From an uncultured Pseudomonadales bacterium (lineage in GTDB: Bacteria; Patescibacteriota; Microgenomatia; UBA1400; Chazhemtobacteraceae), in assembly GCA_964422035.1 (NCBI GenBank), contig CAYQZQ010000001.1:50528-114527 (forward strand): DNA of 64,000 nt, given 5' to 3'. The position numbers were made by a program, and so were the translations under genes. The notes under the pieces were generated by a model. The model was not told the DNA's origin. It saw only the letters and a list, made by a program, of their open reading frames with translations, and did not search any database. Positions 1 to 9,772 of the stretch are shown here, in pieces (position 1 is the stretch's first letter; each line of letters opens with the position of its first letter).

Positions 1-1593
1 GGAAAATGAGCGGCCTTTGTTGTATTTGAGATCAGCCAGCCAGTGGCGGATGATGATAACGGACCAGAGCATGGTGAGCAGCAATATAGCGACGATGAGA
101 AATTGTTTTATAGGGGAGTCTTTTTTAATCAACTGAGGAGAGAAAGAAAATTTGGAGATGAAGCGGGGGTATAAAGATAACAGGAGAGCCGGATAGAGAT
201 AGAAGAGAAGGGCAATGGGAATAACGGAGAAGCCAAAGAAGTTGGTGATTAGGATGCTGATGTAGCCTATAAGTAGAGCGGTGGGGAGAGGTTTGTCTTT
301 ATTTTTAAGAAATGTTTTGATGTAGATAACGAAAGTAGAGACAATCAGCGCCAGATAAGTGAGAGTACCAACCAGACCGGTGGTGGCAAGAAAGTTTAAG
401 TATTCATTGTGGGCCTTGTTGTAGAGAAAGTCCCATTCGGAGAGTTGGTTGTGTTCTTGAGGGCGTGTCCAGTAGTAAGAGTAGGCAAAGGTTTCAACTC
501 CGGTTCCCAGAACTGGGTTTTGTTTAAATAATTTCCAGGCACCAGTCCAGACAACACGGCGGATTTCAAAAGAGTCGGAGCCCCCGAAGCGAACTCCTTT
601 TTGTTTGGCTTCTATGAGCTGTTGGGTTTGGGGGGAGAGCTTTTCAAGTTCAAGCGGTTTTGCCTGAGTGGTGAGATTTATTATATTTAAAAGGGGCTCG
701 GCTGTGGGCCAGACAGGACCGCCAACGTTAAGGCGGTGTTGGATTTGGGCGGGACTAGGTGTCCAGGGGGTGCCAACCAGAAAAGTTACAGATAGACAGA
801 AGAGAGTGGTGAGGATAAGTGGTTTTAGTTTCTTTTTGTTTTTAAGGGAGCGGAAAAATAGAAAGAGGAAGCTTAAAGTGAGAATGATAAAAGTGGTGCC
901 GATACCAGAGCGGGATTTGGTGAAAAGAATGGTGGTGTAGTATAGGGAGGCGAGAAAGATAAATAAAAGTCGTTTTTTAGTTGATTGACTGTGAAAGGCG
1001 AGAAAAATGGGGAGAGGGAGAAGAGCTACCAGGTAAGCTGAAAGCCAGTTGGGCTGGCCTAAAGTTGAGAAAACTCTGTTTTGGACGTCTTGAATCCAGA
1101 TATGTTTGTCGATGCCAAAGTGCTCTAAAAAGCCGTAAAAAGCAACTAAGCCGGCAGAGGCCAGGATTGAGTAAAGGATGGTGGTTTCAAGATGCTTTTG
1201 GTTTTTTTGTTGGGAGAAGTGGCTGGTGAAGGTAAAGTATAAAAATAGATAGGAGATAGTGGAGATCAGGCCACCGTGAAAGCGGGAGTAGTAGCCCCAG
1301 AGTGAGGTGTGAGTATCTATCGAGAAGATGGTGGTTATAAGTTGGCCAAGAAAGAAAAGTAGTAGAGGAATGTCAAGAAAGGTGCGTTTGATTTTTAATT
1401 CACCTTGGAAGAGGGATTTGATGAGAAAGGCGCAGGTTATAAGGCCAGTTAAGAGATAGGTAAAGATCATTTTATTGAATTCAAAGACTTCGCTGGTTTT
1501 GGGCCAGAGCAGTAAAGGAACAAAAAAGAGCAAAGCAGCAAATCCGTAGGTGACAAAGCGGTCTAGAAAGTTTTGTAATTTGGTTTTTGGCAT
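1..1593 (-). CDS. O-antigen ligase/polymerase-like (Wzy_C-type) polytopic membrane protein. ATG at 1593 on the minus strand; the C-terminus runs off the window edge.
   Basis: Minus-strand reading frame open from the ATG (revcomp of cat at 1591-1593) to position 1 with no stop, so it is not in the ORF track. Translation is highly hydrophobic and multi-TM (MPKTKLQNFLDRFVTYGFAALLFFVPLL...), with a large periplasmic-type loop typical of the O-antigen ligase family. Plus-strand ORFs 668..940 and 981..1229 are antisense artefacts. Confidence 0.45.
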   Translation of the reverse strand, partial: MPKTKLQNFLDRFVTYGFAALLFFVPLLLWPKTSEVFEFNKMIFTYLLTGLITCAFLIKSLFQGELKIKRTFLDIPLLLFFLGQLITTIFSIDTHTSLWGYYSRFHGGLISTISYLFLYFTFTSHFSQQKNQKHLETTILYSILASAGLVAFYGFLEHFGIDKHIWIQDVQNRVFSTLGQPNWLSAYLVALLPLPIFLAFHSQSTKKRLLFIFLASLYYTTILFTKSRSGIGTTFIILTLSFLFLFFRSLKNKKKLKPLILTTLFCLSVTFLVGTPWTPSPAQIQHRLNVGGPVWPTAEPLLNIINLTTQAKPLELEKLSPQTQQLIEAKQKGVRFGGSDSFEIRRVVWTGAWKLFKQNPVLGTGVETFAYSYYWTRPQEHNQLSEWDFLYNKAHNEYLNFLATTGLVGTLTYLALIVSTFVIYIKTFLKNKDKPLPTALLIGYISILITNFFGFSVIPIALLFYLYPALLLSLYPRFISKFSFSPQLIKKDSPIKQFLIVAILLLTMLWSVIIIRHWLADLKYNKGRSFS

Positions 1594-1732
1594 GAGGATA
1601 TTGTAACGGATGTTTAGATTATTTGGGAAGGAGAGTTGTATATATAAAGCTGGAAAGTTGGAGATATGAGTGGGAAGGATGAATTAAAAAGAGTTTTAGA
1701 ACAACCTGTAATTCGTGTTATACTAAGCTGCG

Positions 1733-2797
1733 ATGATTGATCAATTTTGGCAAATGGTTTCATATGATATCGGCGTGGATTTGGGGACTGCCAATACTGT
1801 GGTACATGTTAAGGATAAAGGAATTGTAGTTAGAGAACCTTCGGTGGTAGCCAGACACAGGAAAACTTTGGAGATTCTGGCGATTGGAACTGAAGCTAAA
1901 CAAATGACAGGGAAGACTCCGGAGAATATTGAAGTGGTAAGACCCTTGCGAGATGGAGTGATTGCGGATTTTGATGCGGCTGAGGCAATGCTTGATTATC
2001 ACATTAGGCAAGTACATGAGTTGATGGGTGGACTTCGAGGAACTTTAAGGAAGCCTAGAGTAGTGGTGGGAATTCCCTCTGGAGTAACAGAGGTTGAGAG
2101 AAGGGCAGTGCAAGAAGCAGCTTTAAACGCGGGGGCAAGAAAGGCATTTTTAATTGAAGAGCCGATGGCGGCAGCCATTGGAGGGGGTTTACCGGTACAG
2201 AAAGCGATGGGTCAGATGGTGATTGATATTGGGGGAGGAACCAGTGAGATTGGAGTAATATCTTTGGGAGGATTGGTTTTAAATAAATCTTTGAGGATTG
2301 CCGGAGATGAGTTGACCGAGGCAGTGATTAGTTTTGCTCGGCTTAAATACAACTTGTTGATGGGTGAGTCGACGGCGGAGGCGGTGAAGATTGCAGTTGG
2401 TAGTGCGTACCCTTTGGATGAAGAGAAAAAGGCTAAGCCTTTGACTATTGTAGTTAGAGGTAGAAGTTTGGAGGATGGACTGCCTAAAAGCCAGAAGATT
2501 AACAGTGTTGAGGTAAGAGAAGCCTTGGCTCCGGTAGTGCGTCAGATTTTGCAGGAGGTGGCTTTGGTAATTGAAGAGACACCTCCGGAGCTTATTAGTG
2601 ATATTTTGGAAAGGGGAATTATGATGGCAGGTGGAGGTTCACTTTTGCGTAATATTGATAAGTTGGTAGCTGAGGAAACAGGAATGCCGGTATGGGTGAC
2701 GGACAATCCAATGGAGGCAGTGGTGAGAGGAACAGCTAAAGTATTGGAAGATGAAAAATTGTTAGGGCAGGTGAAGGTAGTTGGCGGTCTGGTCTGA
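1733..2797 (+). CDS. mreB: Rod shape-determining protein MreB (actin-like ATPase)
   Basis: DIGVDLGTANTVV phosphate-1 motif; full-length similarity pattern to MreB (IGGGTSE, MAGGGSLL). Alternative start at M8 (1754). Confidence 0.95.
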   Translation: MIDQFWQMVSYDIGVDLGTANTVVHVKDKGIVVREPSVVARHRKTLEILAIGTEAKQMTGKTPENIEVVRPLRDGVIADFDAAEAMLDYHIRQVHELMGGLRGTLRKPRVVVGIPSGVTEVERRAVQEAALNAGARKAFLIEEPMAAAIGGGLPVQKAMGQMVIDIGGGTSEIGVISLGGLVLNKSLRIAGDELTEAVISFARLKYNLLMGESTAEAVKIAVGSAYPLDEEKKAKPLTIVVRGRSLEDGLPKSQKINSVEVREALAPVVRQILQEVALVIEETPPELISDILERGIMMAGGGSLLRNIDKLVAEETGMPVWVTDNPMEAVVRGTAKVLEDEKLLGQVKVVGGLV

Positions 2798-2809
2798 TAT
2801 GATGGTTTT

Positions 2810-3403
2810 ATGAGTAAGAAAAAGGGTAAATTGTTTGACAAGATAGCTGCTATATCTAGTCGTGTTTTTGATCCGGTGATAGAGATTCCTGTATTGTTGT
2901 CGGCAGCTGTTTTGATAGCAGTGAATAATGGGATGAGGTGGAGATTTTTGGCGCTGCTTTTGTTAGTTGATGCAGTACTGCCGGCTGGTTATTTGGCTTG
3001 GGGGCTTAAAAGTGGAAAGCTGTCTGATTGGGATATAACAGATAGGAAAGAAAGAATGAGTATTTATCTGTTTGCAGTTCTGACTCATCTGTTTGGAGTT
3101 TTATTGGCTTTATTTATTGGTAAGTATGTGCTGTTTAGGATTTTGTTGGTTTGGTGGAGTATGGCGGTGGTGTTTTTTGTAGTAACTTTGTTCTGGAAGA
3201 TATCAGTTCACGCTGGTGTGAATGCGGCTTTAGTGGTATTTGTTAATCATTTTTATGGTTGGGATAGATATTGGTGGTTGATAGGAGGATTGATTTTGGT
3301 GATGTGGGCAAGAGTGAGGAGTAATAAGCACACGTGGGTGCAGGTATTGGTAGGAGCAGGACTGGCGCTGTTGTGGACAGGATTAGGGTTGCAGGTGATA
3401 TAG
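2810..3403 (+). CDS. Integral membrane protein, possibly a PAP2-like phosphatase
   Basis: 197 aa with 5-6 predicted TM segments. Weak PAP2-like motifs (SVHAG; RVRSNKHTWVQ). Lies between mreB and an inverted mreC. Confidence 0.35.
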   Translation: MSKKKGKLFDKIAAISSRVFDPVIEIPVLLSAAVLIAVNNGMRWRFLALLLLVDAVLPAGYLAWGLKSGKLSDWDITDRKERMSIYLFAVLTHLFGVLLALFIGKYVLFRILLVWWSMAVVFFVVTLFWKISVHAGVNAALVVFVNHFYGWDRYWWLIGGLILVMWARVRSNKHTWVQVLVGAGLALLWTGLGLQVI

Positions 3404-4168
3404 GACTGCGGCGACGTTGAGTTGAGTTTTGGGGTTTATGGCAGGAGTTAGTGAAGCTGATTGATAGACATCTGTCTGGGCTGGTTGGACTTGGTTTATA
3501 GTGCCGATAAGCAAGCCGGAGGGGTAGTCGTCTGTGCCTTGGGTGAAAACGGGTTGGTCAGCCGTTAAGGCGGGGTCTGGTGAGACCTGAGTGAAGCGCA
3601 GTGTCTGGGATTGAAAGATGACTTGACCGGTTTGCCCTTTGGATGTTTTGGCAGGAATCTGAATTTGAGGATCAGTGAGGAGGCGGACTGAGCTGGTGCG
3701 GGGGTTGACTTGTTCAATTATGCCTAGAAGTGAGGAGCCGGAGATGACAGCGTAACCCGGTTTGATGTGGGAAATGGCACCGTGATCAATGTATGCATAG
3801 CGGGAAAGACCAGTGACTCGAGCAGGTTGAATGGGAGCTTGGGCGACGGCGGGAACGTCAAGTAATTGTTTTAGGTGCTGGTTTTGATCTTTGAGTTCTT
3901 GGAGGGTGAGAAGCTGGCTTTGGAGCTGAGTGTTTTGACTGTTTAGGTTGTCAATGGTTTGTTGCTTGTTAGGGAGTTGTTTAAGAAAGGAGAGTCTGTT
4001 TTGAATATAGAGGCGGGAGTTGGTGGCGGGTATACGCAAGGGAGAGGTGAGAGTAGTAAGGGAGAGCTTGAGCCAGTTTAAGCGATTCTGGTATGAGAAA
4101 CCAACCAGGGTGGCAGAAATCAAAACAGCCAATAAGTAGTGAGTGAAAGTGGCGTCTTTGGTTTGCAT
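3383..4168 (-). CDS. mreC: Rod shape-determining protein MreC
   Basis: N-terminal TM segment, a Q/L-rich coiled coil, then MreC beta-domain motifs (VISGSSLLGIIEQV...SSVRLLTDP; VFTQGTDDYPSGLLIGTINQV). On the opposite strand to mreB. Confidence 0.85.
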   Translation of the reverse strand: MQTKDATFTHYLLAVLISATLVGFSYQNRLNWLKLSLTTLTSPLRIPATNSRLYIQNRLSFLKQLPNKQQTIDNLNSQNTQLQSQLLTLQELKDQNQHLKQLLDVPAVAQAPIQPARVTGLSRYAYIDHGAISHIKPGYAVISGSSLLGIIEQVNPRTSSVRLLTDPQIQIPAKTSKGQTGQVIFQSQTLRFTQVSPDPALTADQPVFTQGTDDYPSGLLIGTINQVQPAQTDVYQSASLTPAINPKTQLNVAAVLYHLQP

Positions 4169-4215
4169 ATAGGGGTATTGTAACTTATGAGTTAAGAACG
4201 TGGTAAATTAATGGT

Positions 4216-4644
4216 ATGAAAATTAAGTTTTGGGCGGTAGTCTTTACAACAGGTCTGTTGGTGATGATACTGGAGTCCAGTTTCTGGCCTTTGCCGATGG
4301 TTATTTGGTGGTGGTGGTGGATATCAAGGCGGATAAGTTGGAAAGAGTTGATCTGGATTAGTTTGGTGGTGGGTGTTTTGATGGATAGTTTGAAGGTTAG
4401 AGCTTTGGGGTGGTCGAGTCTAGTGCTTTTGGCTTATGTAGCTGTGTTGTGGTGGATAAAAGAAAAGGTTGGTAGAGAAGAGATAGAGTGGGTAGTTGTT
4501 TTGGTGATGGCTATAGTATGGAGTGGTTTTTGGGGATGGGGATGGGGGATTGGTAAGATGGTTTTAATAGCAGTGATAACAGGAGTTGAGATTTTACTGA
4601 TAGATAGATTGAGTAGTTATTCAGCAATTAGATTAAGAAGATGA
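4216..4644 (+). CDS. Small polytopic membrane protein, MreD-like by position
   Basis: 142 aa, 4-5 TM segments, located between mreC and PBP2 as mreD would be. No sequence motif recognised. Contains a WWWWW run encoded by 5 consecutive TGG codons. Confidence 0.4.
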   Translation: MKIKFWAVVFTTGLLVMILESSFWPLPMVIWWWWWISRRISWKELIWISLVVGVLMDSLKVRALGWSSLVLLAYVAVLWWIKEKVGREEIEWVVVLVMAIVWSGFWGWGWGIGKMVLIAVITGVEILLIDRLSSYSAIRLRR

Positions 4645-6236
4645 ATTCAGTAGGCAGACGAATGCTGGGTGAGCAGATGGGAGAGAAGGGAAAATTAAGA
4701 AACAGTGACAGCAAGGGTGGGATGTTGTGGCTTAAGTTAGTGGTTGTTTTATTGGCGGGAATTTTTATGAGCAGAGCCTTTTTTGTTCAAGTAGTGACGG
4801 GTCAGATTCAGTCAGGTCAGGCGCAAGGAAATAGTTTGGAGCGAAAATGGATAGAAGCCAAAAGAGGGGTGATTAAAGACAGGGAGGGTGAGGTGATGGT
4901 TAGAAATAGCAAAAATGATAAAGGTGAGGTGGAAAGGGAGTATTTACTTGAAGAGGCAGGAGCTCATCTTTTGGGGTATGTAGGAGAAGTTAATGAAGAT
5001 GAGATGGAGAAGTTTAATCTGAGAGCAGGTGAGTTGATAGGTAAGATGGGGGTTGAAAAAGCCTTTGATGAAGTTTTAAGAGGAGTACCGGGTCAAAGCC
5101 TGGTGGAAGTTGATGCTGAAGGGGAAATAATACGTGAGGTAACAAGAAAGAACCCGATTGATGGACGCGAGCTTAAACTTAACGTGTCGAAAGGACTGCA
5201 AGAGCAGATTACTAAAGTACTAAGGGAGAGGGAGGATGAGACAAAGGGAGCGGTGGTGGTAACAACGGTTGATGGAGAGCTTTTGGGGATGGTTTCCTGG
5301 CCAAGTTTTGATGCTAACTTATTTGTAAAGAAAGATGACAAGGTAAAAGAGCTTTTAAACTCAGAGGATAAGCCTTTATTTAACAGGGCAGCTTTGGGTA
5401 TTTATCCACCCGGTTCTGTTTATAAGCTGGTAACAGCAACAGCTGGACTGGAGGAGGGGGTAATTGATGAGAACACCTTAATTGAGGATACGGGAGAGAT
5501 TGTAATTGGTCAGTATAGGTATGGGAACTGGTACTATGACCAGTACGGAAAGACAGAGGGAGAGTTGGATGTGATAGGAGCACTGAAGCGCAGCAACGAT
5601 ATTTTCTTTTATAAAACTGGAGAGAAGTTGGGAGTAGAGAAGATGAGGGAGTGGTCACATAAAATGGGTTTGGGCGAGAAGATTGACTGGGATTTGGGAG
5701 GACAGATAACAGGAGGAGTACCAGATCCGATTGAGTGGGAAAAGAGAACCGGTCAGCGCTGGTTTTTGGGTAATACGTATCATATGTCAATTGGTCAGGG
5801 TGATTTGAGAACCAGCCCGTTGCAGATAAACAGAATGACGGCAACAGCTGTTTCAGGAGAGATTTGTGATGTAAGGGTAGAGGGGAAGAGTGGTGACTGC
5901 AGCAGAGTTGATATTGGAGACAAGACTAGAGAGCTGGTGGTGGAGGGAATGAAACAGACTTGCAGTCAGGGAGGTACGGCATTTCCGTTTTTTGATTTTA
6001 AGCCACAGGCAGCTTGTAAGACGGGAACAGCGCAACAGGGAGGAGAGGAAGCATTACCGCATGCTTGGATCAGTGTGGTGGTGCCAAAGAAGGGGGAGGA
6101 AGAGTTTGATTTGAAAGCGTACGAGAAGGGAGCGGTGATCACTGTTTTGCTGGAAGCAGCTGGTGAAGGAAGTGAACAAGCGGGGTCGGTAGCGAGAGAG
6201 GTTGCTGATTATTTAATTGAAGATGTGGAGTGGTAG
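4641..6236 (+). CDS. mrdA: Penicillin-binding protein 2 (peptidoglycan D,D-transpeptidase, elongasome)
   Basis: N-terminal TM anchor. Transpeptidase motifs SxxK (PGSVYKLV), SxN (KRSNDIFF) and KTG (CKTGTAQ). Positioned in the mre cluster. Confidence 0.9.
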   Translation: MNSVGRRMLGEQMGEKGKLRNSDSKGGMLWLKLVVVLLAGIFMSRAFFVQVVTGQIQSGQAQGNSLERKWIEAKRGVIKDREGEVMVRNSKNDKGEVEREYLLEEAGAHLLGYVGEVNEDEMEKFNLRAGELIGKMGVEKAFDEVLRGVPGQSLVEVDAEGEIIREVTRKNPIDGRELKLNVSKGLQEQITKVLREREDETKGAVVVTTVDGELLGMVSWPSFDANLFVKKDDKVKELLNSEDKPLFNRAALGIYPPGSVYKLVTATAGLEEGVIDENTLIEDTGEIVIGQYRYGNWYYDQYGKTEGELDVIGALKRSNDIFFYKTGEKLGVEKMREWSHKMGLGEKIDWDLGGQITGGVPDPIEWEKRTGQRWFLGNTYHMSIGQGDLRTSPLQINRMTATAVSGEICDVRVEGKSGDCSRVDIGDKTRELVVEGMKQTCSQGGTAFPFFDFKPQAACKTGTAQQGGEEALPHAWISVVVPKKGEEEFDLKAYEKGAVITVLLEAAGEGSEQAGSVAREVADYLIEDVEW

Positions 6237-7063
6237 AAAATAAAGTTAAGTATTTGTTGGGGTTGTCGGAAGTTGAAGGATTAAGGGGTAAGAAATTGAA
6301 GAAAATTTTGGATGAGGTAGGTGATGCCAAACAGATCTGGATGGCAAGTGATGAAATGTTGAATAAGTGGGGGGTTTCAGGTCAAGTTTTGGATAGCTTG
6401 CGGGCCTATAAGCGTAGTGTGAACTTGGATAAAAAAATTGTTCAATACGAAAATGAAAAAATTGAGTTGTTGCCAATCTGGAGTGATAAGTATCCGGATA
6501 ATTTAAAGGAGATTGAAGGAGCGCCGGGACTACTTTTTGTGAAAGGAAATTTGGATGTTTTAAATAAAAAAATGATGGCGGTGGTTGGCAGTCGAAATGC
6601 CAGTGATGGGGCGAAAGAAAAAACTGCAGCGGTGTGTGGAGTTCTGGTTAATAGAGGGTTTGTAGTGGTATCGGGACTGGCACAGGGAATTGATGGATAT
6701 GCGCATAAGGCTTGTCTGGGGCAGAAGGGTGAGACGGTGGCAGTTCTGGCGCATGGGTTGGAGAGAATATATCCTAAAAATCATCAGGGACTGGCGGAGC
6801 GAATACTGGATAAGGGAGGGGCATTGGTTAGTGAGCAACCGATGGATGTGGAGATAAAAAGGGAGTACTTTTTGGAGAGAAACAGGATAATGGTGGGGAT
6901 GAGCGAGGGCTTGGTAGTGGTAGAGGCGCAGGTAAGGTCAGGTTCGATGGCTTCGGCTAACAGGGCGGCCAGTATGGGAAGAGAAGTTTGGGCTGTTGAG
7001 GGAAGTATGGGGACTGATTTGTTAATAAAGGAGGGGGCAAACAAGTTGGCAGTGGACGTTTGA
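6230..7063 (+). CDS. dprA: DNA processing protein DprA (Smf)
   Basis: Rossmann-like DprA core (MAVVGSRNASDGAKE...GLAQGIDGYAHKACL...AVLAHGLERIYPKNH). GTG start overlapping the mrdA stop. Followed by topA, a conserved dprA-topA pair. Confidence 0.9.
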   Translation: MVENKVKYLLGLSEVEGLRGKKLKKILDEVGDAKQIWMASDEMLNKWGVSGQVLDSLRAYKRSVNLDKKIVQYENEKIELLPIWSDKYPDNLKEIEGAPGLLFVKGNLDVLNKKMMAVVGSRNASDGAKEKTAAVCGVLVNRGFVVVSGLAQGIDGYAHKACLGQKGETVAVLAHGLERIYPKNHQGLAERILDKGGALVSEQPMDVEIKREYFLERNRIMVGMSEGLVVVEAQVRSGSMASANRAASMGREVWAVEGSMGTDLLIKEGANKLAVDV

Positions 7064-7098
7064 GGTTGTTGGTGATTATGTGTTTAAATAGGGAAAGT

Positions 7099-9168
7099 AT
7101 GAAACTTATTATTGTTGAGTCACCAACAAAGACTAAGTCCTTGTCAAAGTATTTGGGAAAAAAATTTAAGGTAATGGCTTCGATGGGTCATATTCGTGAT
7201 TTGCCCAAGTCAAAGATGGGGATTGAGATTAAAAAGAAGAATGGTGATTATCACTTTGAGCCCGACTACATTACAGTTCGAGGCAAAGGTGAGCAGATAA
7301 AGAGAATACAAAAGGAAGCTAAAAAAGCTGGTGAAGTGATTTTGGCTACTGACCCGGATAGAGAAGGAGAAGCGATTGCTTATCACGTTGAGCATTATCT
7401 GAAAGATGATATGGAGAAAGAGAAGATAAAAAGAATTGTTTTTCACTCGATTACCAAAGAGTCGGTGTTGGAGGCGATAGAGGAACCAAGAGGAATAGAT
7501 AAAGACTTATTTCATGCCCAGCAGGCAAGAAGGCTTCTGGACAGGTTAGTGGGTTATACGCTGTCTCCGGTTTTATGGAAGAAGGTAAGGAGAGGTTTGT
7601 CAGCAGGTCGAGTTCAGAGTGTGGCTTTGCGTTTGACGGTGGAGAAAGAAAAAGAGATTGAGGCTTTTGAGCCGCAGGAGTACTGGAATATAACTGCTTT
7701 GACTAAAACAACCAAAAAGGATGACTTGGAGATGGCTTTATGGAAAGTCAAAGGCGAGAAGCTGGAAGTTGACAGTGAGAAAAAGGCCAAAAAGATTGAA
7801 AGTGATCTGAAAAAAAGTAGTATCAGTGTAGTTGAGGTAAAAGAGAAGAAAAGGAAAAGGAAAGCTAAGGCTCCTTACAGAACTTCAACTCTGCAACAGG
7901 CGGCTGCCAATGTCTTGGGTTGGTCTTCAAAGAAGACGATGGCAGTAGCGCAGAGATTGTATGAACAGGGGGACATTACTTATCACAGAACTGACTCGGC
8001 CAAGCTGGCAGATTCGGCTATTGGACAGGTAAGAGATTTTGTGAAAGATGAATGGGGGGAGAAGTTTTTACCTGGAAAGCCTAAAGAGTACAAGACAAAG
8101 AAAGGCGCAGTTGCTCAAGAGGCACATGAGGCTATCAGGCCGACAAGAATGGAAGTAGGTACTCATAGTTTTAAGGGTCAGGGAAAGATGGCTGACAGTC
8201 AAGAGAGATTGTATGATCTTATCTGGCGAAGAACGGTTAGCTCTCAGATGAAACCGGCTATTTATGAAGGTGTGCGGATTTTAGCGGAAGATGAGAAGGG
8301 AAACTATACTTTAAGAGCCAGTGGTGAGAGATTGATTTTTTCCGGATGGAGAGAGTTGTATAAGAGATTTGAGAAAAAAGACGAGGAGATGCCTGAAGTT
8401 GAGGAGGGCGAGAAGCTTGATTTGCAGAAAGTGGAGTTGGAACAGAAGTTTACCAACCCGCCGGCCAGATATAATGATGCGTCTTTGGTTAAGCAGTTGG
8501 AAAAGAAGGGGATTGGAAGACCAAGTACTTATGCATCAATTATCAGTACACTTTTGAGCAGGCGTTATGTAGTTAGGGAAGAGAGAAGATTTAAGCCAAC
8601 TTCGATCGGAATTGGTGTTTGTGAGTTTTTAGTTAAAAATTTTCCCGAGGAGATGGAGTATGACTTTACCAAAGAGATGGAGGATGGGTTAGATGATATT
8701 GCCAGAGGAGAGAAAGACTGGCAGGAGTATTTAAGTAATTTTTATAAAGATTTTCATAAGACGGTAGAGAAAGTAGAAGAAGAGGCTGAGAGAGTGGAGT
8801 TGCCGGTTGAGAAAACTGGAGAGAAGTGCCCTAAGTGTGATGAGGGAGAAGTGATTATCAGAGAGGGAAGATATGGCAAGTTTTACAGTTGTGACAGGTT
8901 CCCTGATTGTGATTACACCAAAGACTATAAGGAGTACCTGGATAATTTTAAGTGCCCTGAGTGTGATGGTAGGGTTGTCATTAAAAAAACTAGAGGAGGC
9001 AAGCAGTTTTATGGCTGTGAGAATTATCCTAAATGTGATTGGGCAAGTTGGAAAGATCCTCGTGAAGAGATGGATAAAGAGGGGAAAGAAGACAAAAAGG
9101 AAAAAGAAGATAAGAAAGAAAGCAAACAAGAAAAAAATAAAAAAAAGAGTAATGATAAGAAGAAATGA
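7099..9168 (+). CDS. topA: DNA topoisomerase I
   Basis: Toprim N-terminus (MKLIIVESPTKTKSL...GHIRDLP). C-terminal zinc-ribbon repeats (CPKCDEGEV..., CPECDGRV..., CENYPKCDW). K/E-rich tail. ORF-track start 7060; the ATG at 7099 matches the canonical N-terminus. Confidence 0.95.
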   Translation: MKLIIVESPTKTKSLSKYLGKKFKVMASMGHIRDLPKSKMGIEIKKKNGDYHFEPDYITVRGKGEQIKRIQKEAKKAGEVILATDPDREGEAIAYHVEHYLKDDMEKEKIKRIVFHSITKESVLEAIEEPRGIDKDLFHAQQARRLLDRLVGYTLSPVLWKKVRRGLSAGRVQSVALRLTVEKEKEIEAFEPQEYWNITALTKTTKKDDLEMALWKVKGEKLEVDSEKKAKKIESDLKKSSISVVEVKEKKRKRKAKAPYRTSTLQQAAANVLGWSSKKTMAVAQRLYEQGDITYHRTDSAKLADSAIGQVRDFVKDEWGEKFLPGKPKEYKTKKGAVAQEAHEAIRPTRMEVGTHSFKGQGKMADSQERLYDLIWRRTVSSQMKPAIYEGVRILAEDEKGNYTLRASGERLIFSGWRELYKRFEKKDEEMPEVEEGEKLDLQKVELEQKFTNPPARYNDASLVKQLEKKGIGRPSTYASIISTLLSRRYVVREERRFKPTSIGIGVCEFLVKNFPEEMEYDFTKEMEDGLDDIARGEKDWQEYLSNFYKDFHKTVEKVEEEAERVELPVEKTGEKCPKCDEGEVIIREGRYGKFYSCDRFPDCDYTKDYKEYLDNFKCPECDGRVVIKKTRGGKQFYGCENYPKCDWASWKDPREEMDKEGKEDKKEKEDKKESKQEKNKKKSNDKKK

Positions 9169-9728
9169 TTTTATCTGACAAGGATATAAAAAAACGAATA
9201 AAGAAAGGGGATTTAAAGATTGAGCCGTTTGATGTGAGTTGCGTGCAGCCTTCTACGTATGATTTGCATTTGGGTAATGAGTTTAGAATTTTTAACAGTC
9301 ATAAGCAAAGCCATATTGATTTGAAGAAGAAGTTTTCGTTAACCAGAGTTGAAGAGGTGAAAGACGATGAGGGGTTTGTTTTGCATCCCAGTGAGTTTGT
9401 TTTAGCAAGTACCGGTGAGAGCTTTAAGATACCGACTAATGTGGCGGCTAAGCTGGAGGGAAAGAGTAGTCTGGGTAGACTAGGCTTGGTGGTGCACGCT
9501 ACAGCTGGATATATTGACCCAGGGTTTGAAGGGGAGATTACTTTTGAGATGAGTAACATGAATACGATACCGATTGTTTTATATCCGGGTATGAAGGTGG
9601 CCCAGATATGCTTTTTTGAGATGAGTAGTGAAGTTGAAAGACCGTATGGAAAGGCGGGAAATAAGTATCAGGGACAGATGGGGCCAACGGAAAGCAGAGC
9701 GTGGCAGGATTTTGAGAATGAGGAATAG
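9165..9728 (+). CDS. dcd: dCTP deaminase
   Basis: MILSDKDIKKRI...IEPFD...VQPSTYDLHLG is the canonical Dcd/dUTPase-fold N-terminus; length 187 aa. Confidence 0.9.
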   Translation: MILSDKDIKKRIKKGDLKIEPFDVSCVQPSTYDLHLGNEFRIFNSHKQSHIDLKKKFSLTRVEEVKDDEGFVLHPSEFVLASTGESFKIPTNVAAKLEGKSSLGRLGLVVHATAGYIDPGFEGEITFEMSNMNTIPIVLYPGMKVAQICFFEMSSEVERPYGKAGNKYQGQMGPTESRAWQDFENEE

Positions 9729-9772
9729 ATAGCATTAGAAAGAAGCGTTTTTGCATATATAATAGTTGAGTA

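Noticed and set aside
668-1229. Plus-strand ORFs 668..940 and 981..1229
   Set aside because: They lie antisense inside the long minus-strand membrane-protein gene (1-1593). They are low-complexity basic sequences with no RBS or motif, so they are frame-shadow artefacts.
5093-6476. Multiple minus-strand ORFs (82-154 aa) inside PBP2 and dprA
   Set aside because: Antisense to strongly supported genes; S/P/T/L-rich translations typical of reverse frames of K/E/G-rich coding sequence.
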